Source of the DNA: the human T2T-CHM13v2.0 reference genome, Homo sapiens
Assembly: GCF_009914755.1 (NCBI RefSeq)
Contig: NC_060925.1
DNA: 64,000 nucleotides
Strand: one strand, 5' to 3'
Each line of letters opens with the position of its first letter. Within the stretch, counting starts at the first letter, position 1. The notes beneath the pieces were generated by a model. That model saw only the letters and a list, made by a program, of their open reading frames with translations, made no database searches and was not told the DNA's origin. Positions 1-12,500 of this stretch are shown piece by piece. The position numbers were made by a program, and so were the translations under genes.

Positions 1-496
1 GATTTGATGTCTCTTTTGGCTGAGTTACAGAGACGTTTCCAGTTTTACAGATAGTATTCCCATCTCTGCTCTTTGTCTCTGTCCTCAGAGATATTTCTTT
101 AGGCACTCCTGATGATTCCTGTGGCTTGAGGCAGAGACAGGTTTACTGCCAAGAAACCCAAGGTGGTTAAGAAGCTGGTTGTCCACATCATCTCATTTTT
201 TTTTATTGTAGAAACCCTAAGTTGGGGAGAAATTTTCCATGTTCTTGCTGTTGAACAGATTTGGGGGAGCGGTATCACGGATATGGAAGTCCAACTTTCT
301 TACTGTGTGTTGAAAGGTTTTTTCCCTTCTCTGTGGTCCCAGGAATGATCTGACCCTTCTATTTGAGCTCTAGAATATTGCTAGTGATGATGTTAGAGCT
401 GTATATATGTTTCTGGTTTTCTATGTGTATGTGGTGGCAGTGGTGGGGAGGGTGAAGCCAGCTTGCTTCTATGCCACCATTTTGAAACTGGAAGTC
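1..496 (-). mobile_element. Old L1M/HAL1-type 5' end fragment
   Basis: Reverse complement starts gacttccagtttcaaaatggtggcatag, like the 5' terminus of old L1 elements. Confidence 0.45.
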
Positions 497-1027
497 CTCT
501 CAGATTCTCCTTTCAACCAATTTTAATACCTTATTGATTTCCTCATTAATTAATGTTAAAATCTTTGATGTTATTTCTTGTTTAAGAGAGTTATGGTCTA
601 AATTTTTTGAAGAACCATACTTGAGTAGATTAGATTTTTAAAAAGAATGCTTGGTTAGGAGTCTTTGACTGACAAGTGATAGTCAACACGGTGAGAGTGA
701 GCTTGGAGAACAAGCCTTAATCCCTTTAAATATTTTCAAAAAATTGCTTATGTATTTTTTAAAAAGTTTGGCTTTATTACCAGAAGGAAGTTTTGAATGA
801 CAGCATAGAATGTATTTTTTTCCCTGAATCAGTTTTGGAAAAAAGACTACAAACATTTATAATTTAAAACCTTACTCCTAATATTTCTGAGGTTGCCAAA
901 CCACATGCCCATCTTTGGCTTAGTGTAGAAACTTAAAACAATTCTGCCCAAGCCACAGGTAAATATGCTGACACCTCCCCCTCACTATCTGCTTATCCAC
1001 TGCCCTGCTTTGAAGGAAATTTTTAAG

Positions 1028-1029
<2 letters not shown>

Positions 1030-1062
<33 letters not shown>
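1030..1062. repeat. (TG)16 microsatellite
   Basis: Seen directly. Confidence 0.97.
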
Positions 1063-1063
<1 letters not shown>

Positions 1064-1344
1064 TATGTGCATTATGTATTTTGCTTTCTTGGCCTTTCTA
1101 CTTTTCATTCATTTCATTCCCTGGATTTTGTTAGGTGAAATTATTCCTTAAAATGGTTGCAGCTCTTATCTTTGCAGCAGGGTTACAGTCAACAAATTAT
1201 TTTATTGCCTTATTGCCTTCTTTATATTTATCATTTCATTCTTGTTATATCTTTATTATCTTGCTTATTAGACACTTTTTAAAAAAAATTGGCACTAGTC
1301 TTCACTCTGCTGCAGTTCATACAGAACAAAGTACATTTTTCTAG

Positions 1345-1640
1345 CATACCAGGTGCCTCTTGCTCTCAGATCTTTGTACTTAAACTGGGAATAATTCTGC
1401 AAATATTTCTGAAATGAACTTCCTGTGGAAAGCTTTTCCCTCTGTGCTCCCACTAGCTTTATATATTTTTCCTGTAGTGCTTATAACACTGTACTGTAAA
1501 TACATATTTCCTTGTATATTATATCCAATAGACTTTAATTTGAAGATAGTGACAATGCCTTGTCCCCTCCTGGAGCTTCCACACTAGTCTAAGGAAATTC
1601 ATGTAGAAGTGCTTAATTACATACTATGAGAAAAAAAATA
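1345..1640 (+). mobile_element. L2 3' fragment
   Basis: Degraded match to the L2 3' end (gcttataacactgtactgtaa...caatagact...agtgcttaat). Confidence 0.5.
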
Positions 1641-1665
1641 GATGAAGTTCAAGGGACAGATGAGA

Positions 1666-1885
1666 TTTCTTTTTTTGAGGCAGGGTCTTGCTGTCCCCAG
1701 GTTGGAGTACTGTGGCATGATCATGGCTTATTCGCCGCAGCCTCTACCTCCCAGGCCCAAGCGATCCTCCTACCTCAGCCTCCTGAGTAGCTGGGACTAT
1801 AGGCACATGCCACCATGCTTGGCTTAATTTTTGTATTTTTATTTTTTTTTTTAGAGACAGGATCTCACTATGTTGCTCAGGCTGA
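1666..1885 (-). mobile_element. AluJ, truncated
   Basis: T tract, cagggtcttgctgt...gcgatcctcctacctcagcctcc, A-rich linker and part of the left arm. Confidence 0.9.
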
Positions 1886-1937
1886 GGACAGCTGAGATTT
1901 TAACACTATATTCTGATCTACAAAAAAGATTGGACAT

Positions 1938-2452
1938 AATGGGGTTCAGGATATGCTACCACAGAATATGGCCCCTGGGCACATTGGATATTTTAAGCAG
2001 AAAGAAGGTGAGAAAACCACAGAAGCAGGAAGTTCTCTCTGCCATTCTCCTGCCCTTCTTCGCTGAAGCAGGTCACAAGATTCTCATGTGACATGTTCTC
2101 TTCCTATATGCAAAGGAAAGGTGGAGTGTTGAATCTCTGAAGACAAGGGGCCCCAGAGAAAGATCTGAACAAACAGGCCTTCCTAACTTTCTCATAGTTT
2201 ATTACCGTTAGATTGTATGCTTCTTGCTCCATCACATTTCTCCTTGACTGTCACCTCTTCATCAAAGCTGACATAAAAATACACAGGTTTAACTATTTCT
2301 GTGTGTCTTCATTTCCTTGTGAAGGCTCCCATGTTATGTAAAACATAGTATATAAATTTGTATGCTTTTCTCTTGTTACTTTGTCTTTTAATATGGGGCC
2401 CAATCCAGTGATCATAAGATTGGTAGAGGAAAAAGAGTTTTCCTCTCCTACA
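1938..2452 (+). mobile_element. ERV1 solo LTR, MER34-like
   Basis: ggggttcaggatatgctaccacagaatatggc... ending ttcctctcctaca. Confidence 0.7.
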
Positions 2453-2652
2453 AATTCTATAAGAAAAAATCCATATTGTTGAAGCTACTAAAAAACCTAA
2501 GCCAACTTTAGTAGGACTTTTGCTAGTCTTGACAATTTGTTTACCTTATTTAATTCATTCTTCATCACAAGCGCCATTGAATCACTGCCTCAACTATGCT
2601 GTGGGTACATATGGAGAAAAGCATTTTGGCCTTATTAGAAATGTACATAGTT

Positions 2653-3089
<437 letters not shown>

Positions 3090-3500
3090 TCACTTTAAGA
3101 TGTCACAGTTCCATAGTTAATATTTTGGTGTTTTCTGCTGGAGAAAGGCATGCTTTCATAGAGTCTTTGCTAGTGTTTTGGAGGCCCTGACTATAGACTG
3201 TTTAGATAGGTGGGGACGAGTTCCTGCTTTGTTTTTTTTTTTAATTTTTCTTTGGACCACCTAAGATTTCCAGTATTTCTACAGCAATCCATTTGGCGAT
3301 GGCCTGGAGACCTATAATGAAAATAATTAGTGTTTTATGTTTAGCAATAATTTTTGAGGCATCAACCACATGTAATTGTGTCATATTTCAGCTGAGTGAC
3401 TCCCTGATTAGTGACAGTCATAGATGCTGTTGTTGCATTCTTGGGATCATTGCTTGAAAAAAATAAAGTTACTGTGCTCTTTGTTATAATAAATTTCCAG

Positions 3501-3580
3501 GTATCACACGAATTGTGAAAATAGTCAATGATAACACATGTTACCAATTATTTTGTAGTCCCACATTTGGGAAAAAAAAA
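3501..3580 (+). pseudogene. Candidate relic exon, phase 1 to 0, (x)ITRIVKIVNDNTCYQLFCSPTFGKKK
   Basis: aaatttccag| ... AAA|gtgagg; 80 nt, open frame; ends in an A9 run that may have slipped. Confidence 0.4.
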
Positions 3581-4153
3581 GTGAGGAGTGGCTCAATATG
3601 CATACCAAGTGAAATTTATTATTTCTTTTGTATTTAATTATGTGAGAAAATGAATGCTGAAAGAAGTGAAACCATGTGAGATGATGGTGCTTTGTGTGAA
3701 GTTGTTGTGCAGAATGCCTTTATAGTTTTAGTTGTGCGTAACTTCACACATATGTGCACATACACACTAGTACATTCATAAAGATAAAAACATCCTTATC
3801 TGCTTACATTTTTAAGCCTTGGAACTCCCAACTCTCCCTTTCTGATAGTATATAGGAGGGGAAATGAAGAATCCAGTTCATTACAAGCACTGTGGGCTAG
3901 CAGTTCAGAAACTGGAAGCCATGAAGTGTCAACGTTATACCGACAGATTTTTTGGGTGCAGGGGCGAGACTACCTATCAGTATATCTCCTGCCTTAAGGG
4001 ATAGAATGATTTATTAAGTGACTCTGAGCCATACAACTGGGGTATTTAGATAGGATGTAGAGGCTATTTTCTCAACTGAGGACGGAGAGCTCAAATCTAG
4101 GGACCATTCTGTTGGTCTCTGCTTATATAGACTTTGGCAATATTCAAATAAAG

Positions 4154-4586
4154 TGCATTAGTTTCTAAGGTCACCATAACAATAACCACAAATTGGGTGA
4201 CTTGAAACAATAGAAATGTATTCTCTCATAGTTCTGGAGGCCAGAAGTCCAAAATCAAAGTGTCCATAGGACATGGTCCCTCTAGGGGAGAATTCTTCCT
4301 TGTCCTTCAAGCTTCTGGAGACTCCAGGCATTCTTTGGTGGCAGCATGGATTCTATCTCTTTCTCTGTCTTCCCATTGTCTTCTCCCATGTTTCTCTGTG
4401 TCATCTCCTCTCTTTATAAGGACACCTGTCATTGGATTTAGAACTCACCCTAGATTCAAAGTAATCTCAACTCAAGATCTTTGACTTACCTTCATCTACA
4501 AATACCCTTTTCCAAATAAGGTCAACATAGGTTCCAAGGGTGAAGACAACTGAGACATATCTCTCTGGGAGCCACTAATTCTGCAT
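4154..4586 (-). mobile_element. MLT1 (B/C-like) MaLR LTR
   Basis: tgcattagtttct...accataac...tctcatagttctggaggccagaagtccaaaatcaa. Confidence 0.85.
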
Positions 4587-4612
4587 AAAGCAAGTATGAG
4601 ATTTCTTCCTAG

Positions 4613-4812
4613 GTTGTGGTAGCTGATTCTTCAGGGGCTCGAAGGCTCCTCTTTCCTGGGTGATCAAAGAACTTAGAGCAGTGGAGTTGTTAGATGAGTA
4701 GCAGCAGTAAGAGCAGTGATGGAGAACCAGGTCTCAAATTTGGGGAGAACTTTACATATTCCATAGGCTTAATGAAGAAGCTGAAAATGATAATTATCTC
4801 ATTAAAATAAAG
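4613..4812 (+). pseudogene. Candidate relic exon, phase 1 to 0, CGS*FFRGSKAPLSWVIKELRAVELLDE*QQ*EQ*WRTRSQIWGELYIFHRLNEEAENDNYLIKIK
   Basis: atttcttcctag| ... AAG|gtaagt (consensus donor); 200 nt; 4 stops, each one C>T change from CGA, CAG or CAA; start phase does not match the previous candidate. Confidence 0.4.
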
Positions 4813-4962
4813 GTAAGTGATGAACTGGGGAGAGAAACTGTGGAGGCAAACTGAAATAGATATAGAATGAAATAGATATATAGCAATACTTTTAGTAAAT
4901 AACCTTCTGAATCTCTAACTATAATGTAGAGAAAGGTGTTTGGTTTCCTACTTTCAAATAAG

Positions 4963-5070
4963 AATCTACAGATGAATGCAAAGACAAAATCATGAAAAAA
5001 CCTACATGTAATTGGATATATTTAAGCCAACTCACCAACCCACCCCGCATACCTTAGGAGGAAATTCTAG
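4963..5070 (+). pseudogene. Candidate relic exon (108 nt), reading frame ambiguous
   Basis: tttcctactttcaaataag| ... TAG|gtaaga; the phase-0 frame has 3 stops and the phase-1 frame has 1. Confidence 0.3.
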
Positions 5071-5184
5071 GTAAGAAGAATGGTGAGGATAGTAAGGCAT
5101 GTGTTTAGAGTCACATTTAAACCATCTGCATGCAGATTCAAACTCTCATCTATATTTTCTTTTAGAAATGAATGTACATCTAAT

Positions 5185-5268
5185 TGAACACAGTTTACAA
5201 AATGCTTTCATTATGTTTCCTCAGATCCTTATGGCCACACTGCGAAATGGGTATGATTATCACCATTC
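5185..5268 (-). mobile_element. MIR fragment
   Basis: acagtttacaaaatgctttca...gggtatgattatcaccatt. Confidence 0.5.
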
Positions 5269-5276
5269 GTGAAAAG

Positions 5277-5530
5277 TTCTTTGCAAAAATAGCCCCAATA
5301 ACGTTTTCTTTGCAAAAATAGCCCCAATACCCTTTTCCATCTCTGCATTTTGCCCTCCTGCTCATCAAAAGATGAGTTTATTTCTTTACTCTTGAATCTG
5401 GGATGGCCTTGTGTTTTGCCTTGAACAAAGCATGCATTGGAAATGATGCTCTGTTACTTCTGAGTCTAGGCTTCAAGAGGTTTTGCAGCTTCCGCTCTCA
5501 CCCTCCTGGAATTCTGTGCTACCTCATTGA
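5277..5530 (+). mobile_element. MLT1 (F/G/H-like) LTR fragment
   Basis: cttgaatctgggatggccttgtg...ttacttctgagtctaggcttcaagagg. Confidence 0.65.
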
Positions 5531-6152
5531 AGAGGGTTATATATCCTGAAATTGCTCTGTTGTGCGGCACACAAGAATTTCTTGCACCTGGTCAAGTTAA
5601 GAGGTAAAGGTAGGTGGTGAGTCAATATGTAGGCTTCGTTGCTTGGGGAAAATAAAAAGCCTAAGAGTAACTTGGCATAAGGAAAAGAAAAAGACTCACT
5701 ATTTTTGAAGAAAGATTAACAAATTTTGTTGAAATGGCCTTGATTTTTCTGCCATGGTCATGAAAAGAATAAACAATTTATAAGTTGATATATTTTCCTT
5801 ATGTATTTAATATGAATGCAAAATGTGAAATTGCCAGTCAGGTTAAGCAGAAAAGATACTCATGGGGGATGGCATGTATTAAATATGTCACTGAAGTGTG
5901 TGTTGTAAGTATTAACTTTCAGCATTACAAACCAACTCTACCTATTAATAGTTGTGAATTGGGGGACTGTATAATAGTGTCTAAGGTGATAAAAGTAGTA
6001 AGGGTTTTCTTTTGTTTTTAAAATACCTTGGTCAATTTTATTCCTACCTTGAGTTTTTTCGAAAGACACTATTGACCTTGGGGTAATTGTGAGCTGCTGC
6101 AGCAATGATGTAGGCAGCTTGTTGAAAAAGAGTTAGAGAAGTGGATGCACTT

Positions 6153-6594
6153 GTGTAGTAGATAAATTGCATTAAGGGTCCCAATTACTCACCCCTTCTT
6201 TTATCAGGGACTTTTGCCTTGTGACTTCGCAGTTCTCACCAAAGAAGCAGAATCGCTTTCCCTTTCCCCATATTCTGAGTTTGGCCATACAATTTGCAGG
6301 TGTGATTTATGCAGAGGCTTGAAAAAGTGCTTGTACAATGCTGCTTCTGCTCTTGAACCTCAGCCTTTCCCATAGAAACATGTCAGGGCTTGCCTGATGG
6401 AGGAACATGAGAGACACGTGGAGCAGTCAGGTGTTCTCACTGACAGACAGCTGACCTCGGATGTTTAAGAGCCTAAATGAGCTTGGGAGGCCCACCTAGC
6501 CTAATTGCTCGTGCACATACTTGTGAACTAAATAAAAGCTGATTTGGGGGGTAGTTTATTAACAGCATTATTTCAGTAACAGGTAACTGATACA
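6153..6594 (+). mobile_element. MLT1 (H/I-like) LTR
   Basis: tg...aca termini; 3' end ttggggggtagtttattaacagca...taactgataca. Confidence 0.7.
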
Positions 6595-7239
6595 GATGTC
6601 ATTCAAGATTTGCTTCTTTTTAGGGGGAAGTGAGGATTCCAGACTGATAGCTTTAAGGACACTTTCTTTTTCTTGGGTTCAGATGGTTCAACTGCTAAAT
6701 TCCAGAGGCCTAATAATTTGGCTAATGATAGGATAATAATTGCCAGCTTAATGGTGATGATCAATAGGGCATGTGTTTCAGGGCCACTAGTGCATGCTTC
6801 AGGTGCAGTAAAAACTATTAGGCCAAATACAAAGAGTATTAATTACCAGAGAACACATACTTAGCCATATATTTTTGTTAATGGAATGCAGTAAAACCTG
6901 ATTACAATAAATCCTAGTTGACTTGGGAGAAAACTGTAAGTGACATTTTATAATGTCCCATTTGCACTGAGTCCTAAGTTAGGTCAACAAGATTTAAAAG
7001 CCTTTCACCATGCAAATACATTCTCAGTACATAAATTGTTCATAAGGAATTTTCCAGTATTTTCTATTCACTATATAATCACATTTTTTTTGGCTTCTCT
7101 AGAAATTTTTAGGAGGCAAAATTTATTTTATTTTTATTTTTCTTATTAGTTTTTCAGACCTACCACTTAAAACTTTGATATTTCTTTCCATTAAAAAAAT
7201 ACCAAACTGCTACACTCAAATTTTACCCTCTACTTTCAA

Positions 7240-7590
7240 AATTTAAAATATCTTTAAAAATGTATCATAAGCATAATATTTGATGGTTGTGTAATATCTA
7301 GTTGGATGAATATTGTAACCATGTCCTTTTTTTTCTGCTTTTTTTGTGACTGTTCAAAATACCACTGCAGCAGTATGTTCTTGTTTGTATTTCTGGTTAT
7401 TTCCTTATTGGGGGTATCTAGAAGTGGCATTATGGGTTCAAATGTTATAAATATTTTGAAGGTTTCAAAGTTCTGAGTATATATCTAGCTAACCTTTTAA
7501 AGAAAGATTGTGCTGCTTTCTGCACTGTATAAAATATCTTTCTCACAAAAATCTGTCAATATTGAGTATATTCTGTAAAAATTACTCTTC
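7240..7590 (-). mobile_element. Old L1ME fragment
   Basis: ggttatttccttattgggg...tagaagtggcattatgggttcaaa. Confidence 0.55.
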
Positions 7591-8034
7591 ACTAGTGGAC
7601 ATATAGTCTGAAATTTACAAAGATTAATAGAACTAAAAAATAAAAAGAATGTAATTATTTTCAAATCCAAAAATAGTGACTTCTCAGATTAAAGATTACT
7701 GAAGTGCTTGTGAGTCTGTGATGGAAATAGAAATCTAGCAACTAGGGTTTTCTTCCCCTGTGCTTCTCAAGTAGCCTAGAATGATGATTTATGATAGGAT
7801 TAAAATTTCTACCTAATTGAGGGCATGTTTTGGGGCTTTTATTTTTGGTACTCCAGTTATGTTCTAGGTATATAAAGAAATAGGAATTGGTGACAGGTGC
7901 CACAGGGAAAGTAGCAATTGGCCCCAAGGGTATGTCTCTGAGCCTTTTCAATGCAGGTGGGCATATGCTTATGGATAATAAGATTATGTTATAATGCTTG
8001 AAAAGAGAGGACCTTAAGATCTACTGGGAATAGC

Positions 8035-8250
8035 AGACGAGTCAGGATTTTACAGACCTGGTTAGAATCCTGTCTTTGTCACTTATAAGTTCTGTCATCT
8101 TGGGCAAGGCACTTAACCATTCTTAGCCTTAGTTTCCTCATTTTCTAAAACAGCTAAAATCACAACATGGTAGAATTGTTATGAGAAATAAGCAGTATAA
8201 TGTAAGTAAGTGACTATATAGTATAAATGCACCTAATATTAGTGGCAATT
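8035..8250 (+). mobile_element. MIR
   Basis: Core ttgggcaaggcacttaacc...gccttagtttcctcatt. Confidence 0.8.
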
Positions 8251-8443
8251 ATTAAAAAATGGGTTGGGTGTTATAGCAGAGGCTTAATGATGGGAGTCTG
8301 TATATTTTGAAGCATCAGCAAGTAGAATAATAATAGAAATTTGGGAGGACCAGCAAGATGTTGTGGACTAAGTGATAAAACTTTAGGGCTATAATGGGCA
8401 CTAGCACTAGGGCATTTTACCATTGACCTGCAGGATAACTCAC

Positions 8444-9181
8444 TGTTTTAGTCAGGGTTCTCCAGAGGGCCAGAACTGATAGAATGTGTATAAACACACA
8501 CACAGACACACACACACACGTACACACACACACGGGAAAGAGAGAGAGAGAGACAGAGTGAGAGAGAGAGAAAGAGAGAAGAAGAGATTTATTTGGAGAA
8601 CTGATTCAAGCCACTATAAAAGCTGAGAAGTCCTACAATAGGCTGTCTACAAGTTGGAGAACCAGGGAGGCCAGTAGTGTAGCTCAGTCCCAGTCTGAAG
8701 GCTGTAGAACCAAGGAAGCCAATGGTATACTTTCAGTCTGTCTGAATTCAAAGACTCAAGAACCCAGGGGGACTACTGGTGTAAGTCCTGGAGTCCAAAC
8801 TCCAGAGATTCTGGAGAGCTGATGTTCAAAGCTGGGAAAGAAAGAGTTCTCCAGCTCCAGAAAATAGCAAGAATTTGCCCTTCGTCTATCTTTTGTTCCA
8901 TTCAGGCCCTAAGCTGATTGGACGATGCCTACCCACATTGAAGGGACATCTTTTCCACTCAGTTCACACACCCAAATGCCAGTCTTCTCTGGAAACACCC
9001 TTGCACACACATCTGGGGAAGCTCAATCATTCTAATAAAATGCCAAGCCACCTGAGATTCCCTTTCAGCAGAAGGGGGATGAGATTAGTGCTTATTGAAG
9101 CAATGAGAATAACTAATGCTTTACCAGCTATCTAGATATCCTTTAATCTGGTAAAGTTGATACCCCAAATGAATCATCACA
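8444..9181 (-). mobile_element. MLT2B-type ERVL solo LTR with internal (CA)n/(GA)n
   Basis: tgttttagtcagggttctccagag...catcaca; exact 5-bp TSD ctcac at 8439-8443 and 9182-9186. Confidence 0.9.
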
Positions 9182-10591
9182 CTCACTTTGCTAATGGTAG
9201 TGCCTGAGGATGCAGTGACCAGGTGTGAATACTTATGCTGCCTCAATTTGCTGCATCTTGAACTTGATCTTCTAGTGAAATGACTAATTGTCAGAAGCCA
9301 CGTAGCTGGGTCTATACCTACAGAATTTTAGGAATTTATTGGAATTGCCCTGAGAGCATCTGGGAAAAAGGATATATCTTGGTCTGTCAAGTTGATATAG
9401 AATTTGGGGTTGGAGTATGGGTATAGGCAAGCCTTGACTTCAGAGAGAATCTGCCTCCATATTTAGGAGATTATACAATAGTACATGTGATCTTTACCTC
9501 AAACCAATTGTGATTAAAAGACTATAATGAAAATCTTTGTGCTTAACAATTATCTATATATTGATAGAGAGGTGGGTTTTATGGGGACTGAAATGGTTTA
9601 AATTTCCTAATGCCAATATGCAATTCTAGACTCACCATCTTATATTCTTGAGAAAGGTAATGTAAGCACATTTATTGACATACAATGTCACACTTGACTA
9701 ATTTGGACCATTATTGGGATTGTCAGTAATTCCTGTAGCTAAATTTGTTGTGTAGTAATATACTTTGATTATAGAGATAGGAGCATTGATTGTGTCAGTT
9801 ATGCCACAGGCAAATCATTTCAGCTCAGTATAGAAAGGCAGAGTTTGAGATTGTGTAAAATTCTTTTAATAAGACCCCCTACTAAAACTAGCTCAGCTTA
9901 AATGGACCATCATGATTAGGAAAGGGACTTCGGTGTCCTCAAAGAGGAATCTTTTACTAATGAGCATTAATATGAGAATTACCAAAATTATTCAGAGTCA
10001 GAAAGAGCTGAGAGGAAAAGGTTTTAAATATTTGAATTTGATTGGATGACTGGATCAAAAATTTAAGTTGTTCTTTGTGATAAATGTCATTATCCCAAAC
10101 TGAAGAATTTGCAAAGGATTACAAAGAAGTAAATGAGGCAGTTCTCATTAGAGTTTCTTTGGACTGAGGAAAGGAAAGAAAATGCACTGTTTATTATTAT
10201 TTACTGGTAAAATATTAGCTGAACAGAAGAAGCCACATGAACTTAATTTGTTTTGTTTTTCTTTTTTTTCTCTTCTATGTCATATAGAGTTTTCATTTCA
10301 CAAGGAAATGTTCATAGAGCTTTATTAACAATGATATAGGAACAAATAGAACTATACACTTCTATAGCTGAAGGGATTTTCACTTGACTTTCTACTCTGT
10401 AACATTCCCCCAGATAGTAAATTGGCTTCTGTGCTGGAATAACTCCAGTCATGGGGGAATTCAGGATCTCAAGAATCAGCCCATATTTGCTGATAGCATC
10501 AAATTTTAGAGATATGTTCCTTATATAACAATAAAAATTATTGCTGCATCCACCTGGGGTTTGCTCTGGGTAGGAGGAAAAACAATCTGCC

Positions 10592-10890
10592 TTTTTTTTT
10601 TTTTTGATGGAGTCTTACTCTGCCACCCAGGCTGGAGTGCAGTAGCATGATCTAGTTTCACTGCAACCTCCATCTCCCAGGTTCAAGCAATTCTCCTGCC
10701 TCAGCCTCCCAAGTAGAGTATCTGGCATTACAGGTGCATGCCACCACACCCGGCTAATATTTGTATTTTTAGTAGGGATGGGGTTTTGCCATGTCTGCCA
10801 GGCTGGTCTTGAACTTCTGATCTCAGGTGATCCACCCACCTCGGCCTCCTAAACTGCTGGGATTACAGGCATGAGTCACCATGTCTGGCC
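10592..10890 (-). mobile_element. AluS (Sx/Sz-like)
   Basis: Full dimer in reverse orientation with T tail. Confidence 0.95.
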
Positions 10891-10972
10891 GATAATTAAT
10901 CTGCTATTGCATACTTTTCTTGCTTTCCAAGCAGTGATGGAAGTTGAACACAGTGATCTTGACCTTGAGCCC

Positions 10973-11418
10973 TGTCTTAGTCTGTTTGGTGTTGCTAATA
11001 ACAGAATACCTGAAACTGGGTAATTTATAAAGAAAAGAGGTTTATTTAGGTCACGGTTCTGCAGGCTGGGCAGTTCAAGGATGTGGCCTTGGTTTCTGGT
11101 GAGGGCTTTCATGCTGCATCAAAACATGGTGGTTGTCAGAGGGGAAGTAGACACATGTGAAGAGGCAAAACCCATGGGTCCTGGCTTTACTACAACCCGC
11201 TCTCACAGGAATTAATCCATTCTCATGGGAACTAATTCAATCTCACCAGAGTGACAACTCACTATTGTGAGAATGGTACGAAGCCATTTATGAGGGATCC
11301 ACTCCCATAATTCAAACACCTTCCACTAGGTCCCACCTCCCAACATCACCATTCTGGGGACCAAATTTCAATATGAGTTTTGGTGAAAAAAAGAAAAAAA
11401 CATATTCAAACTATAGCA
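10973..11418 (-). mobile_element. MST-type MaLR LTR
   Basis: tgtcttagtctgtttggtgttgct...gggtaatttataaagaaaagagg...caaactatagca. Confidence 0.85.
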
Positions 11419-12159
11419 AGGCCCTTTTAAAATTTGATTGGAGATTTGTGAAGTCTTTAGATGGTTCTTTGAATAAAGATGGAACCCTGAAGAGAAGGCT
11501 TTCTTCTTTAGGAAAATAAATTTCGAAAAGTTATAAAAAGTGGATCCAGGATATTATATGAAATAAGGAGCAAATGAATAAAAGAAATAAAGTTGGACAA
11601 AGGAGTAGAAAGTTGGCTTTGATTTGATGGTAGTCCAAAAGCTAGAAATTGGGGTTGTGGAACTCAGGAAAGAAACAAGAAAACCATGTCCAAAAACATG
11701 ATGATGGGCAGATTGACTCCAAGAATATTGCTTTTTTGATGTTTGATTATATCTTTCGGTTTTGTGCTGTAAGGCTGCTCTATGAACCAAAGTTTTTAGC
11801 TAAAGTCTGTTACAAAGTAACATTGCAGAATGGTACTTTGTGAAATAAAAAAAAAGAGGTGACTTGGGGTGGAAAATCTAGGACAGTTATAGGAAGAGGG
11901 TGAGGCAACCAGACATACTAAAAATGCATGACAAAAAGCCTGGAGCAGAACCAACAGATGAGAGTCGAGGAAATGCATTGTGGAATGTCAGCAACTTTCT
12001 CCTACCTCTAGGGAGTTGTGGAGATATGGGGAAGGAAGTAAGGTTATTTTGTTTGGATAGTGAAGAAAAAGATGATCATAAAAAGCTAAGGGACTTGGGG
12101 TCATTTGGGTAACAGTAGCTTATGATTGTTAACACTAATTGTTTTTTAATTTCTGGAAG

Positions 12160-12500
12160 CCTCCTAGAAGGATTTCAATCCTGTGTATACAAGGACATTT
12201 CTTAAATATTTAAGAGGAGCTCTGTCTTCTCCAGGTCAGACAGACTATTTAAGGATTCCACAAATACTTGAGTCTAAATTCTCTGTCACCATTTGATCTT
12301 AGTTCTCTGGGTATATATCAGTTTCTCAATATCTTGCTTAAAATGCTGTACCTGGAATGGAACTTAGTATTTCAGGCAGAATATGACAGGACTTTAGAAT
12401 TCTGACATCTATTTAATCAATGAAAAGAAGACATGTAACCTCCCTTTTTCTGAACCCTATTCTTCTAGCCATGCTTAACTGAAATAAAATCAATTATTTT
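12160..12500 (-). mobile_element. Possible L3/CR1 relic
   Basis: cttaaaatgctgtacctggaatggaacttagtatttcagg resembles antisense CR1 RT sequence. Confidence 0.3.

Noticed and set aside
929-1155. Small AG/GT segments near 929-958 and 1135, and others at 6683, 20150, 20273, 49184 and 57654
   Set aside because: Weak on one splice site or phase-incompatible; indistinguishable from background pseudo-exons.
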